From Paragordius varius (Eukaryota; Animalia; Nematomorpha): a DNA stretch of 64,000 bases. Both the position numbers and the translations under genes were made by a program. Shown here one piece after another: positions 39,432 to 52,077 of the stretch. The notes under the pieces were generated by a model, which worked only from the letters and a program-made list of their open reading frames with translations, was not told the origin of the DNA and made no database searches. Numbering within the stretch: the stretch's first letter is position 1; every line of letters begins with the position of its first letter. The DNA lies in the NCBI GenBank assembly GCA_964247055.1, contig OZ176055.1:868001-932000 (forward strand), written 5' to 3'.

Positions 39432-42400
39432 ATAATTTATAAAAACAATATATTAGTCAGAGATTTTTGAAAAATCTTAATATATCAAAAAATATAAAAA
39501 TTCTAGAAATTCTTACTTAAGAAAGCTGTAATTGCCGCACCAAAGAGTATAAGGAATGTTTGAACCGTATCGGTATACATAACGGCAGTGAGCCCACCTA
39601 TATATAATTTATGGACAAAAAAATTATTTTTTTATACGAAATATTCTTGGAGTCTAAATTTCTTTTTTTAAGGGAAAATAAAAGGACAATCACGGTAAAA
39701 ATTGATTTTATAAATAGAGACAAATTTTAAAACTAAAGAGATACATATTCTAAAAAGACAATATATTTTTTAATCCTGGAATACTCTAATATAAACTTAT
39801 TTATTTACAATTTAAATTATATAATTGAGTGTATTAAGAAATTCACATCATGATATATACCATTTACAATCCAAATTCACCCTTAAAAAATTCAAATACA
39901 CAATTGAAACAAATTTAAATTATATATTTATTTTTATGATTAAAAATTACTTAATTTTTTATATTTTTTTAAAAAAAGGGAATTTTGTTTAAAATTAAAA
40001 TAGTACTGGAAAAAAATAAACTATGGCATTCAGGAATATTTCATATTAATAATAAATTAAATTAGCCCGAAAACACACAATTTATTTTTAGGGTGAATTT
40101 GAATTGTTTAGGGGCGTATTTTAATGGTTTGAGGGTACATTCGAATTGTTAAGGGTGAATTCGATGTAAATGGTATATTTTGCAATCCAAAATGATAGGT
40201 TATATGTTAAATAAAGTAAGGGTGACTTTTTGAAAAATATTTGCTTTTGTGTCATGAAATTTTTACGTTTTGTCTCTAAAATTTTGTTTTTATCAGAAAG
40301 TACAATTTTTATAAAAAAAAATTTTTTTAAAATCTGTAAATTATTAAAATTAGTGTCAACAATTTATAATATGTATATATAATATTTGCTTATAAACTAG
40401 GGTTGTAAAATAATTGATGGATTTTAAAATTAACTCTTTATAAATTACTTAACCTTTATGGTTATATAATAAGTTGACATACACAAATATAGGCATGATT
40501 ACAAAAGTTAAAAAATTCTAGTTATACTTTTTAATTATCATGAAAATATTCTTATAAAATTTATAATAACTGATAAGAATAATACAGTAACTGAAATTAT
40601 ACGGACATAGACCAATATTTTTTCCTCTAAAGAGAACCAGCCATAATACTTCTTATATAAATTTATGAGTTGCGATTGTAAAATATATAATTCCAATTTA
40701 CATCTTTATTTCATACTTTGCAATTAACAAAAATGTGTTATATGTAAAAAATCAAGATCTATGGGGTTTAGAAACAAAACAATTTGTCTTTTTTGACGTT
40801 TTGTTAGTATAATAATATTAATTTATGCTATATTAAAGAAAAATTACTAATGATTATTTAATATTGAAAAATATTTTAATAAAGTTACACAAAACAAAAC
40901 AATTTAAAATTTTAACATTTTAATATATATATTTGAATTCCAATATTCAGATGTTAGACTTGAGAAATTCTATAATTTTTATATAAACAACTAGGAAAAA
41001 GGAAATATCCATAATGATTATAAATTAAATTAATAGGAAATTATTTAAAATTAAACGGACAAAACGTAAAAATATAAAGACCAATATTTTTTTCTAAAAA
41101 ATAACCAAAGTTTATATCTAATTTTTTTCATAAACAATTTTAAAATATAGAATTAATTGTGTTAGTTATATTTATCTCTATTTCACACTTTGACATACAT
41201 TTTAAACAATGAGTTATCTGGAAATAATTATAATATATAAAAAGTATGGTTGTCTTTTGAAAAAAAACCTTTGTTTTTATATTTTTACGTTATGTCCGTA
41301 TAATTTCAGTTTTACTGTATATAAAATTTGAAAATAATTTATATTCGCGCCAAATAAAAGTTGGATACTTAAAAATAACACCATTTAATTCATGTGAATA
41401 AGTCGTTTATTAACTTTCAACTAATAATGGTACAAGTTTAATGTAAAACACAGTAACCTTGTTTAATTCTATTGCCTATATTTTTGCCAAAAATAAATTT
41501 TGACAATTTTTCGTTTTAAATCTAAAATTTAAATGTTTTATATTTGTTTACTATGCACAATAAAAAAAATCAAATCAAAATAAATTAAATAGTAAATATA
41601 AATTTACTTTAAACCTTGGAAAATAACCTAACTAAAAAATTGAAATTATACGGACAAAATATAAAATAACAAAAATTTTTGTCTTCAATAGACAACCATA
41701 CTTTTTTACCCCTAATAATTTTATAATATCATTAAATTACAATTATAAAATACAAATTAATTATGTTACCAATTTACATCTCTCTTTTATACTTTGCAGT
41801 TTAAAAAAATTTTATTAAAATAATCTGGAATTTACAAGTATGATTATTTTTTATAAAAATATATTTGACTTTATATTTTTATTTCGCACGTAATTCAATA
41901 TTTAAGGTTAAAAAATTTTTTTTTAATCAAAAATTAAGAAAAATTTATTTTACCGGTAATGGTACATATAACTGTCATTAAAAGAATGAAAAATATGGCT
42001 GAATACATATTCCATCTCAAGCCTTGTTCAATGAAAAGTGCACCGGAATATAAATCAACCTATAAATAAAAATATTTAAATATCTAAAAAAATTAAAAAC
42101 GGTAAAAATTAACAAATACATCGTAAAAAAAATAAAAGACAATAATTAAAGTATGCAATTTATGTAGTTGCTTATTTCACATTATAGAGTTGGTTAATTT
42201 GCAACATACAGTAGATGAAAAAACAACAAAATGTTGAATAAACAATTTATTCCTTTCTTACATTATTCTGTTTATTCCATTTAATATTTTGCTGTTATTT
42301 TTTTCCATACAATACTGTATTGCAAATTGACCAACTCTATAATGTAAAATCAACCATTAATATGCATACTATATATTTTTTTAACCTTGTTGATTTTCAT

Positions 42401-44071
42401 AAATATATATCTTATCGTTTTGGAATTGAAAAATAAGGTAATAGATATTTTTAAAATCTTATAATTCATATTCTATTCAGTAAAAAAAATTTATATATCA
42501 AGATAAAACCAAAGAATATTGTTTTTTTTATTCACACTCAATTCCCTATATATCAAAATTATAATTATATAGTTTATAGGCGTACAAATCAAGGTAAAAA
42601 ATAGATCTAAATAAAAAATTGTCTATTAATACTAAATTTAGTCCGTAAAATTATTCATATTTATAGTATAATTCAATGTTGAAAGAGCTCTTTACTTCAA
42701 AATTAAAGTTAAATGAAGATTAAAAATATATAGCAATACAAAAAATTTAAAATTCTTACTGATATTTTAGCAAAAACGTAAAGGAGAATATAAAGACAGG
42801 ATAGGTAAGTTCTAATGCGTGTTCCACCAAAACGCTTTTTCATATATTCCGGCAATGTATTAGCCTATAAATGTATATATATAATTAAATATGACGGATT
42901 AATTTCAGGCAAATTATGTTGAAAAATCACCTTGGTATATTAAACACAATATTTATATATATAAATGGTTAAAAAATGCTATATATTATATTTATATATA
43001 TACATTGTATGCCATATAAAAAAATGTATACAATCTATTATCAAACAAAAAATAATTATCCATCAAAAATAACCATATATATATGTATATAATTCATTTT
43101 TTGCTATAAAAACTATTTTTAATGTAAATATTACAAAAATCTAAAAAAGACACCAAACTTAATTATAATATCCGATAAAAAAAGTTTTTTTCTAAAAATA
43201 TATATGTAGATCAGCTGATTTTGAAAAGTAAAAAAAATAGATTTACCCCAGAAGCTATATAAACGGGTAGGAAAAGGCAGCCCAAAAGCTGTATAACGAT
43301 AACGGCCTAAAACATACATTAATATAAAATTAATTTGATATACATGCCTTAAATTTGTTATTGTTTATTATAATTTATTATATGTGGAATATAAAATATG
43401 GGATTAAGTAAATATAATAAATACCCCAAGGGTAAAAAACCCTTTTTTATTATAAATTTTTTTGGCAAACATAGGATTATAAATATAAAATTCTAAATAC
43501 TAGAAAATAGTTAATCTGTTTTGAAAAAAGAATAAATAAAAACTGATTTTAGATTCTTTCCCAGTAAAATACGATAATTTAAGGTATACAGGAGGCCAAA
43601 AATTTGGATTCGTATATAAAACATTAAGCCAATTTTTAATAAAAAAATCTAAAATAAAGAAATAAAATTATAAATTTTTGTACATTAAATTCGAAAGCGG
43701 CAACGCCGATTCCTGACGAAGCACCTGATCCCGCTAGCCCCACAAAATGTTCGCTTCCAATATTGCTTGAAAATAAAGACGCTCCAACCTAAAATAAAAA
43801 ATATGAAAGGTTTAAAAACTTTTAGTTTAAAAAAATGATATCGGTTTTTAAAATGTATTGTATATTATTTCATTACAATAAAAATATACCATAAGCCATA
43901 TCATATATCGTCCAGCTAAAAAATATCCAGAAACTGTGGAACGATTGACTTTAAAAAATGACTAAACATTAAATTTTTTATTCATACATAAAATCCAATC
44001 CCAAGAATGAGAATAAAATAGAGGACAATAATTGCTACATCATAGTGGGTTAGGGGCGAATTTTCAAGCAT
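29033..44071 (-). CDS. SLC5 sodium/solute symporter (closest to Na+/myo-inositol cotransporter SMIT, SLC5A3-like), 19 exons, about 860-875 aa
   Basis: Exons 44071-43988, 43961-43890, 43788-43684, 43306-43247, 42864-42760, 42059-41954, 39597-39517, 38670-38555, 37713-37546, 36328-36193, 35318-35211, 34582-34432, 32817-32649, 32136-31915, 31328-31199 (or 31151), 30612-30307, 30219-30167, 30087-29871, 29223-29033; all in phase. Motifs [106 protein letters not shown]. Confidence 0.94.
33979..34018. repeat. (TA)n microsatellite (other long tracts at about 31356-31385, 38941-38984 and 60215-60256)
   Basis: Pure AT dinucleotide runs of 30-45 bp, directly visible. Confidence 0.95.
35322..35568. mobile_element. 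MITE family A copy inserted into the TA of a TAG splice acceptor of the SLC5 gene
   Basis: TA duplicated at 35320-35321 and 35569-35570. TIRs CAGTAAAAA.. / ..TTTCTG. The exon begins at 35318. Confidence 0.8.
37311..37530. repeat. Direct tandem duplication, about 110 bp x2, next to the donor of an SLC5 exon
   Basis: The block aaaacatga(c/t)taactatttgttataaaactcta(c/t)tgt...aacattt.ttaacaaaaaaaa.ctcaaaa occurs twice in a row. Confidence 0.85.
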
Positions 44072-45005
44072 CTCGCTTTCATGTGGTTTTTACGGCACCT
44101 AACATGAATATATATCTCTGATCTGTGTTATATATATATATTAATTTTTTTTTGAAGAACATTAAAAAATATTTAAAACATATTGTTTCTTCTTCTTAAT
44201 TATAATTATAAATTACAAATATATATTATATATATTGTTATGATAATTGTGCCTGAATACTCATGGTGATTTTGGTTTTTAGCCTTGACTAATTAAAAAG
44301 GCTCTCATGACCACAATTTTGGGGCTACTTATATCTAAAGATTCCAAAGTTTTTGTATAGGCCAAATAAGATTTATGCAAATACTTTCTTCCAAAAAAAT
44401 ATTATAAATATTTAATACTACATTTAAATGAAAAACAATATTTGTAAATATTTTATTTATTTGATGTGGAGCCAAAAGTCGCAAATTTTTGAGACCTTTT
44501 AGAATGGATTAGTTTTCTCAAATGCCGAAAAAGCGTAAAAAAATTCAAATATATGATATACCTTTATATCAATAAAGTTTATCCCAAAAAAAGCATATTT
44601 TCTAAAAATTTATTTTATAACAATATTTTGGTGAAGCTAATATTTTGAGGCAGGGTTAAAAAAGAATGATAAACATTTCTATTACTAAATTTTAATCTAA
44701 AAATTTATTGGATTTTATATAGATAGATATTTTTAAAAAAACATTTTATTTATATATATGAAGCGGGCAAATATATATATCAAAACTCTGAAGTTATAAA
44801 AAGGTGTAGCATCATCGAATTATATAAAAAAAATGTTTTTAAAAAATAGGTTTTGATACGGTTTCCATCATGCCTCAAATAGTATGAAGCACGATTCAAC
44901 AAAATTTTTTTATAAATTAGATTATCAAAGCATGTTGTTTGAAAATATCTGTTACACACATTAAAAAATTATTTAATCACGTCATTTTTCCGTTTATTTT
45001 TTTAA

Positions 45006-45571
45006 CACTTCGATTCAAATTGGGTATCTAAATACCCCAGACTAAATTTAAATTTATATTTCTAAAAAACTACTGAAAACGGTCCCATTTAAAATTTATG
45101 CTTCTATCCTAATAAAAATTATACATATATGCCAAAATATCTTAATAAAAAAATTAAAAAAATTTCTATGTCAAACTACTACGATGCCATTTTTATTGTA
45201 AAATTTTTTTAAAATATCCTCCTTCATTCAATTTTAAGAGTAAAATTAAAGTTAAATATTTATTTAAATTACATTTAACATTGATAGAAATAGAAAAACG
45301 GTTTATTTTGTATTATTTAATTTTACCATTTCATACATGTTACGTTAACAAAATTTTTACCTTTCGGTGTTAGCTTAAAATAAGTAATATCAAGTATTTT
45401 TGAATAAAAAAATTTATTTAGTTTGGTTTATTAATGTTATACAAGTGCAAAATTTTGCCATGGTTACATCGATTTCCTCCATACTTTTTAAAGTTGTTTT
45501 AAACAGGCTTAGGGTATATAACTACCCCAATTTGATTCGAAGGACTAAAATGTGTGTGTTGCATCCAAGTG
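45006..45571 (+). mobile_element. TTAA-flanked MITE copy 3
   Basis: TTAA at 45002-45005 and 45572-45575; same body as the other copies. Confidence 0.85.
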
Positions 45572-46415
45572 TTAAAAGAACCACCAGAAATTATATCCAA
45601 AATCTTATAATTAAAATTTTATAAGATTAATATCTCCATTTTAAGTATAGTACATATATTTCATTCACACCTTATCAACCATAATTTAATTATTAATATT
45701 CATACTTTAATATGTTAAGGCGAATTTTATGGCGTGCAATGAGGCTAGATGGAGGGGCTTATTATAAAAAAATCTGCTTAACCATAATCAACAAATTTAC
45801 ACCCATACATATTTGTTTAAAATAATAGAATTTCTTTTGGGGCTAGAATTAGAACGAACCTATAGTATTCTTACACAATCGGCCCATATAAATAAATCAT
45901 AACGATTTATTATTCAACTTAAATGAGCCATGTTTTCAACACACTTCGATAGCGCGAAAACTACTTTATAGCATTAACGATAATTGATATCGGCAACCTC
46001 CTCAAATAAGAAATTTGTGTTAATTTGTAGTTTCTTGATTTATAAATAACTTAAATAATTGGGCACATTGAACAATAAGACTTACCACTTGTCTTTTTAT
46101 TCCAAACAATTCTAACTAATGGTATTGTATAAAAACTCTTATATGGGGATACATAAACAGATATTTACCCTTGAATTTGTTTTATCAAAAATGCAAAATC
46201 ATTACAATAAATAATACAAGTGTAATTAACCTTAAAACGCGATGACCATATTAATAAACTCTAGGTATAATATTAATGACAAAATTATAATATAATTTAA
46301 AATATATAAAAAATTTATTAATCATCTAACAACTTTAAATTATGTATTGCTATAATCTAAGAAAAAAATCCAAATAAATCACATATAAAATATCATAATA
46401 ATGTAAAAGCGGCAA

Positions 46416-49197
46416 TTATTTAGGAGATCCCTTTACAACACTATGAATCCATTGAAGGTTATCTTGAACAGATGTAAAAATAGGAGGCATTCCTGGACTA
46501 AAACAATCTTCCCCATAAAACCAACTAGCAATTCCAAAAACTTTCCAAACGCCTTGAGTGTGACACACTAAAGCACCCCCAACATCACCCTATCATAAAA
46601 AAATTATATGCAAGAGTGCTCTTTACTAAAATATGAAAAGCTTTTCTTTGATAAAACTGTTAGCCTAACCGTTTTTTTTTTATATTTCCCCATTGAGATT
46701 GTAATCACATATTTATGTATAATTGTTTGTAGTAATACGGAAAAAACCATATTATTGACATAAGTCTATAAATTTATCGATAGAAAATTTGACTTTTTCA
46801 TATACACTTATTATTTGGTCTTAAATAACCAATTTAATCCCCCTTTAACCGACTAAATTATAGTATAAGGCATGTTAATAATTTCTCTTTAAAATGTTTC
46901 AAACATCGGGCTGATAAAAAGTCACCTTATTGTGTTAAAACGCTTATTAATTCAATTGATATATTAATTTATTGCCTACTTAATTATAAACTGGGCTTAC
47001 ATGACAAAATGTTTTCTTTCCGTTTTCGTAACCAGCACAAACTCGGGATTGATTAATGTTGATTGGAAATTCTTTCAAATCATACATTTTCTGGCAATCG
47101 GCTCGTGGAATGTAGGGTAGGCACAATTCCTGCAAATGTTTTGGTTCACTCAACAAACCCGCTAAAATCAGAAATAAAGTTAAACTCCTCTCTGTTTTAT
47201 AATATTTATCAATTTAAAAATACTTAAATGCCTTTAAATTTTGCTATATATACTTAATTTTATTTGGTTTTGATGGATATCTCAAGCCATAATGTTTGTA
47301 TAATATATAGTCCTTAAACAGTTTTTAAATTCCTTAAATTTAATATATAAACATGCTCATTTAGTATTAAAGCTATTTAGTTATCTTAAAAAGACCTTTA
47401 TGTATTTCATGAATATAAAAAATATCGAATAACTAAACCAACAAACCGCGGCCCTAAAAGTGCTTTTTTGTGGCTCTGAATGTAACAAACTTTTTAATGT
47501 ACTTATTTTGAGTAAAATTATTTGCAATTGTATCAAACAGCTATGCTATTTTTATCAATATTATATGGTCCACGACCTTTGAAACAAGATAAATATTTTT
47601 TGCATTCCTAAATTTTATGTGAATATCACTAAAATAACCAAACTATATACTTTTACTAAATTTAAAGTATCCATATCCCGTTAGATAACAATCCTGGTAT
47701 GCTAAAAGCTCATCACCGGGCTCAGGAAGACAAATTAGGTTAGGGATTTTAGCCTGTTTAGGAATGCGTTTTTTCAATTTTATAATAGCTAAATCGTATT
47801 GAGGAGGTTCGATTGTGGCATTAAACAAGGGATGCGTGAAATAGTTTTGAATTTGTCCGGTCCAAACATCGCTAAAATCTCCGTGCATATAGTAAAAACG
47901 GTTTGTAATGTTAGCCCTCACGCTTATTTCATCCGTTAATCTATGTTGGCGACAAATCAACCCATAAAAATTTAAAATGGTATTTAGCGTTAAAACCCCT
48001 AATAATTTAGCGTTACTGTTTTTTTTCACAAATATAGAATATTTTAAAATATTTCTTTGAATTGATAAATTTTAATTTATATTAAGGACAGGTTGAGTCA
48101 TTTTTTATGATGAAAATTGGCTTTATTTAAAATATTATATTCTTTAAGAAAAAAATAACAATTAGTTATATTAAGAAAACAAAATATAACATTTTATGGG
48201 TGAAACTAAACATATTTATATTTATTTGTAAAAAATCAAAAATATTTCGAAATTAAATACTTTCCCTGGACACAATGGGCCGCTGTCAAAACATATCTGG
48301 GGTGTATAAGGGCGCCACCACACTTCCCTGTTTTGCTCTCCAGGATTACCTTCGTAACATAGCGATATTAAAATTAATAAAACAATTAACATTCCATGAC
48401 TTTTTGGGGTAGTTTTATATTATCCCATAGCGATTTGTTTAAATATTTTAAAAAATAAGGAATTAGGGCGAATTTAATTATATACTTTTATTTAGTCGCA
48501 TTCTACAAATAAAATTTTTTTAAATATAAAATTGTAAAAAATCATTATCAAAAAATTTTCAACCATTTTTTCCCGAGTGTATAATTGATTTAAACTTTAT
48601 GGCTACATTTTATTAGCAAAAACTTTATATATATTTATATTAATTCTAGCTGTTCGTTAAAAATTTCAAGTTTTTAATCACAAAAATATAAGCTTTTTAT
48701 CTATTACAGCAGAAAATGTTTGTATATTAAATTTTAACTATATAATAACTTTCAATATAGTACTTTATTGGCAAAATTGAGCTTTGGGATATAAAACTAC
48801 CTGTCATCGCGGACAAAAAAGTAAAAAAATAACTTAAAAATTTTACTTAAAAAATGTTTAAATTACTACCTGCCAAGGCCATGTATTAATCTTTGCATTC
48901 CTCCCACCAATTATAGATTGATATTCATTCAAACCCGAACAATTGGGAATTCTAAGTCTATGGTACATTTGTCCACACTTGAAATTATCTATGCGCCAAA
49001 AATTATTTTAAATCGAAAAAACAATATAATCCCAAAAGTAATATCTAAAAAAATTACTGGTAAGGCTAAAAATTGTAAAATTGTATGTATAACTATTTTT
49101 TACCAAAATTTTTTCCATGACAATCACACAATATAATAAGGTACGATAAAAATGGTAATAATAATAATACTGTAGGCCAGGACAACATTTTATTCAT
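46416..49197 (-). CDS. Secreted trypsin-family (S1A) serine protease homologue, probably catalytically inactive, 6 exons, about 306 aa
   Basis: Exons 49197-49104, 48988-48870, 48349-48261, 47940-47657, 47161-47001, 46589-46416. Signal peptide MNKMLSWPTVLLLLPFLSYLIILCDCHG; motifs IIGGRNAKINTWPWQV, CGGALIHPRYVLTAAHC, YDLAIIKL, ICLP, CAG; GDVGGALVC replaces GDSGGPLVC. Confidence 0.92.
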
Positions 49198-52077
49198 CTT
49201 TTACTAAGAAGATTTATTTTAAATAAAATAATATAAAAAATAAATGTATATAAAACTTAAAGTAATATATTTTTAAGCCACAAGCTCCTTTGAAGGACGT
49301 ATACGTACCACTTATAATTGCCCAACCCACTTGATAAGGTGTTGAATTTCACCATTTTTCAAGGCTACACTGAAACCTTAATTCAATATTTGTTTAAGAA
49401 TTTGGTTTAAGAGTGGTATCATAAAACAAACGCCTTAAACGAACTATAATTAATACGTTGGACGTCCTTTCGATTCATAAATGACCCCAATTGTGGGAAA
49501 AAATATTTATGGCTCATGAGCCATATCATAACCCATTTTTTGAGATGAACAATAAATTATTTTTTAAACAAATTACTAATAAATGAATATATATATGTAT
49601 ACATACATATATAATATATATATATAATATATATATATATATATAATAAATAGTAGTGGTTGTTATTATTTTACTTACACGTTTAAAATTATACTATGAA
49701 AAATGATTAAATATATTTTTTTTGCCAAATTATGTTTGGTTCGCTATTGGTGCTTCAATATATATTCACAAACACGTGAGATTGTGTGAGAAGATGTATT
49801 AAGTTTTAATTATTATTAACATATATAAATAGTAAAACACTCATATCTTATTAAATTAAATTTAAAGGATATCTTAAATGGGAAAAATTACATGATTCAA
49901 ATTCTTGACAATGCTGTAACAAATTGGTGTAAAAATTTCGACCATAGTTTCACTATAATTTATGATTCACCATAAAATTATGTAAGTATGTAAATTACAG
50001 ATATTCCGCACACAGCAATATTTTATTTTACAAAAAAAAACACTGTTATATACAAGGCAGGTAAACTAATTTAATACTTTGCTAATATAACTAGCAAGGT
50101 GTCTCTAATTATGTAATAAAATTCTGCTGTTATAGTTGACATAGTTATTAAATAGAGATAACTTAACCTAGGGAATATATTGTTAAAATAAAATATAAGC
50201 AAGTATATATTGCTAGAAAGTTATTAATTATTGCCGAGTAGCATATGCAGCAAAGAGAATTATTATTGGCTAATAATAATAAAAAGTGAATAAATAACTA
50301 TCACTAACACCATTCTTTGATGTATATATATTTGGCAATAATTAATAACTCAAAATTTTGCTGAAGCTTAAACACTTTTTCTATATAATTCGATGGTGCT
50401 GAACATTTCCATCGCTTTGATTTTAAAAACATAATTATTATTTAACATATATTTAAAGACAATCGATTATCTAAATCAAAGTTTTGAGTTGATGGAAATG
50501 TTTACCTCAAATTATATAGAAAAGTGTTTTTAAATGTTTTAAAGCGCTTTTATACCGTTAGCATGCCAAATAGTTCAAAGTACCATGTAAAAAATTTTTT
50601 AATTTAATTTTTGAAAAATTAAATATATATTTAAAAATTTTATCGCGCAATCTCAGCATTTTCCTTGATTTAAAGAGGACCTGCCCATTTTAGAAGAGCA
50701 AGAATATTTTGGGACTTTCGTTAAACACAATTTAAATTTTTTAAAATGTTGTTTTGCTTTTTATATGTAGTTAATCATATATTTTAGTGATATTTTTTGG
50801 AATGAAGCCTCTAGCTTTTACCAAAATTGGTTATTTTTAAAATAAAGCTCAAATTTTGTCCTTTCCATATATGGAACTTTTTTTTCAAAAGTTAAAATAA
50901 CTCTCTTAAATCATTCATTAGGACCAAATCAAAAGCCACATGATAATCCTGTTACATTTTCCTATCAGAATATATATATTTTATCGGGTTATTTGTTTGT
51001 GGACGCTGTGTATAGAGTTCAAACGGTCCGCATGGTTTAAGAGCTAAAAATGGGCACACAAATGCATTATAACACCCCTCAATTAAATTTTAATACAATT
51101 GAGTCTTATAAAATTGATGTCTATTACCAGATAAAAAACGGAATAATTAATTATGGTGTTATCCAAAAACGGTCTCATACTAATTTTAACTAATCACAGC
51201 ATCATCCACATAAAAAATCTCTCATATACTTCAATCCACTTAGCTTAAATATGCGACTTATTTTTTCCCGCAGTGGTTCAACAGCTGCCTTGAAAATGAA
51301 CTGTCCAAAAACATATCTGAATATATCATAATAATTTGTAACGTGGAATACCATTGCACCTATACTCTCTTATATTAAAAACCGCAAAAAATGATTATTA
51401 AAACGATTCAAAGTTATAACAATTTTTAAACCATTTGGCACGCCTTTAATTTCTACAAAAAAGAGATGACACCAATGTATTTTAGTAAATTTTAAATCTA
51501 AGAGCGATCTATGATCAAAGACTTAAAAAAAGCAAAATACATAAGAACATATTTGCACAAAAAACATTTTAAATAACAAAGATAAAAATAATATACCGAT
51601 GATATAAAAATATATTTCTGATACTAAATTTATATGAAGTAAATTACCACAAAAGTTGTTATAGCACAATAATAATTTTGATTCATTGATTAAGCAAAAC
51701 AAAAGACCCAATTTTGTGTCCAGTGTATAACAAATGTAATATATGCCATTTTAATATCATATAGATTAGGCACGTTACAAAGTTTAGTTTGCATATTTGG
51801 ATATGAAAAGCATCATAATTAAACGAATCGTAAGTTATATATAATTGGATTTATTTTTTAACATATTTTTCTTTATAACTTTAACTGGCTTTTATAATGA
51901 TAAATATTTTTATAGATATTTTTTCTGCATATGGTTACCATGCATACTTTAACCAGCACACTTATTTTTTTCAAGTTTTGCTGAGCTTTGCATTTATAAG
52001 TCATAATTATTCCACGAGTGTCTGACCATACCATTGTAATCATCTCAATTGTTTTGCATAATTTAAAGCCGGAATAT

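Noticed and set aside
45400-45624. Short ORFs at 45400-45624, 60859-61077, 63221-63463, 2542-2933, 35194-35421 (5' part) and 58462-58680
   Set aside because: They read through MITE sequence; low-complexity AT-rich translations with no protein motifs.
49260-49520. GC-richer stretch upstream of the protease homologue (contains a GACG-like frame) considered as an extra exon
   Set aside because: The gene already has a complete signal-peptide exon at 49197-49104 and no in-phase junction was found; probably an unclassified repeat relic.
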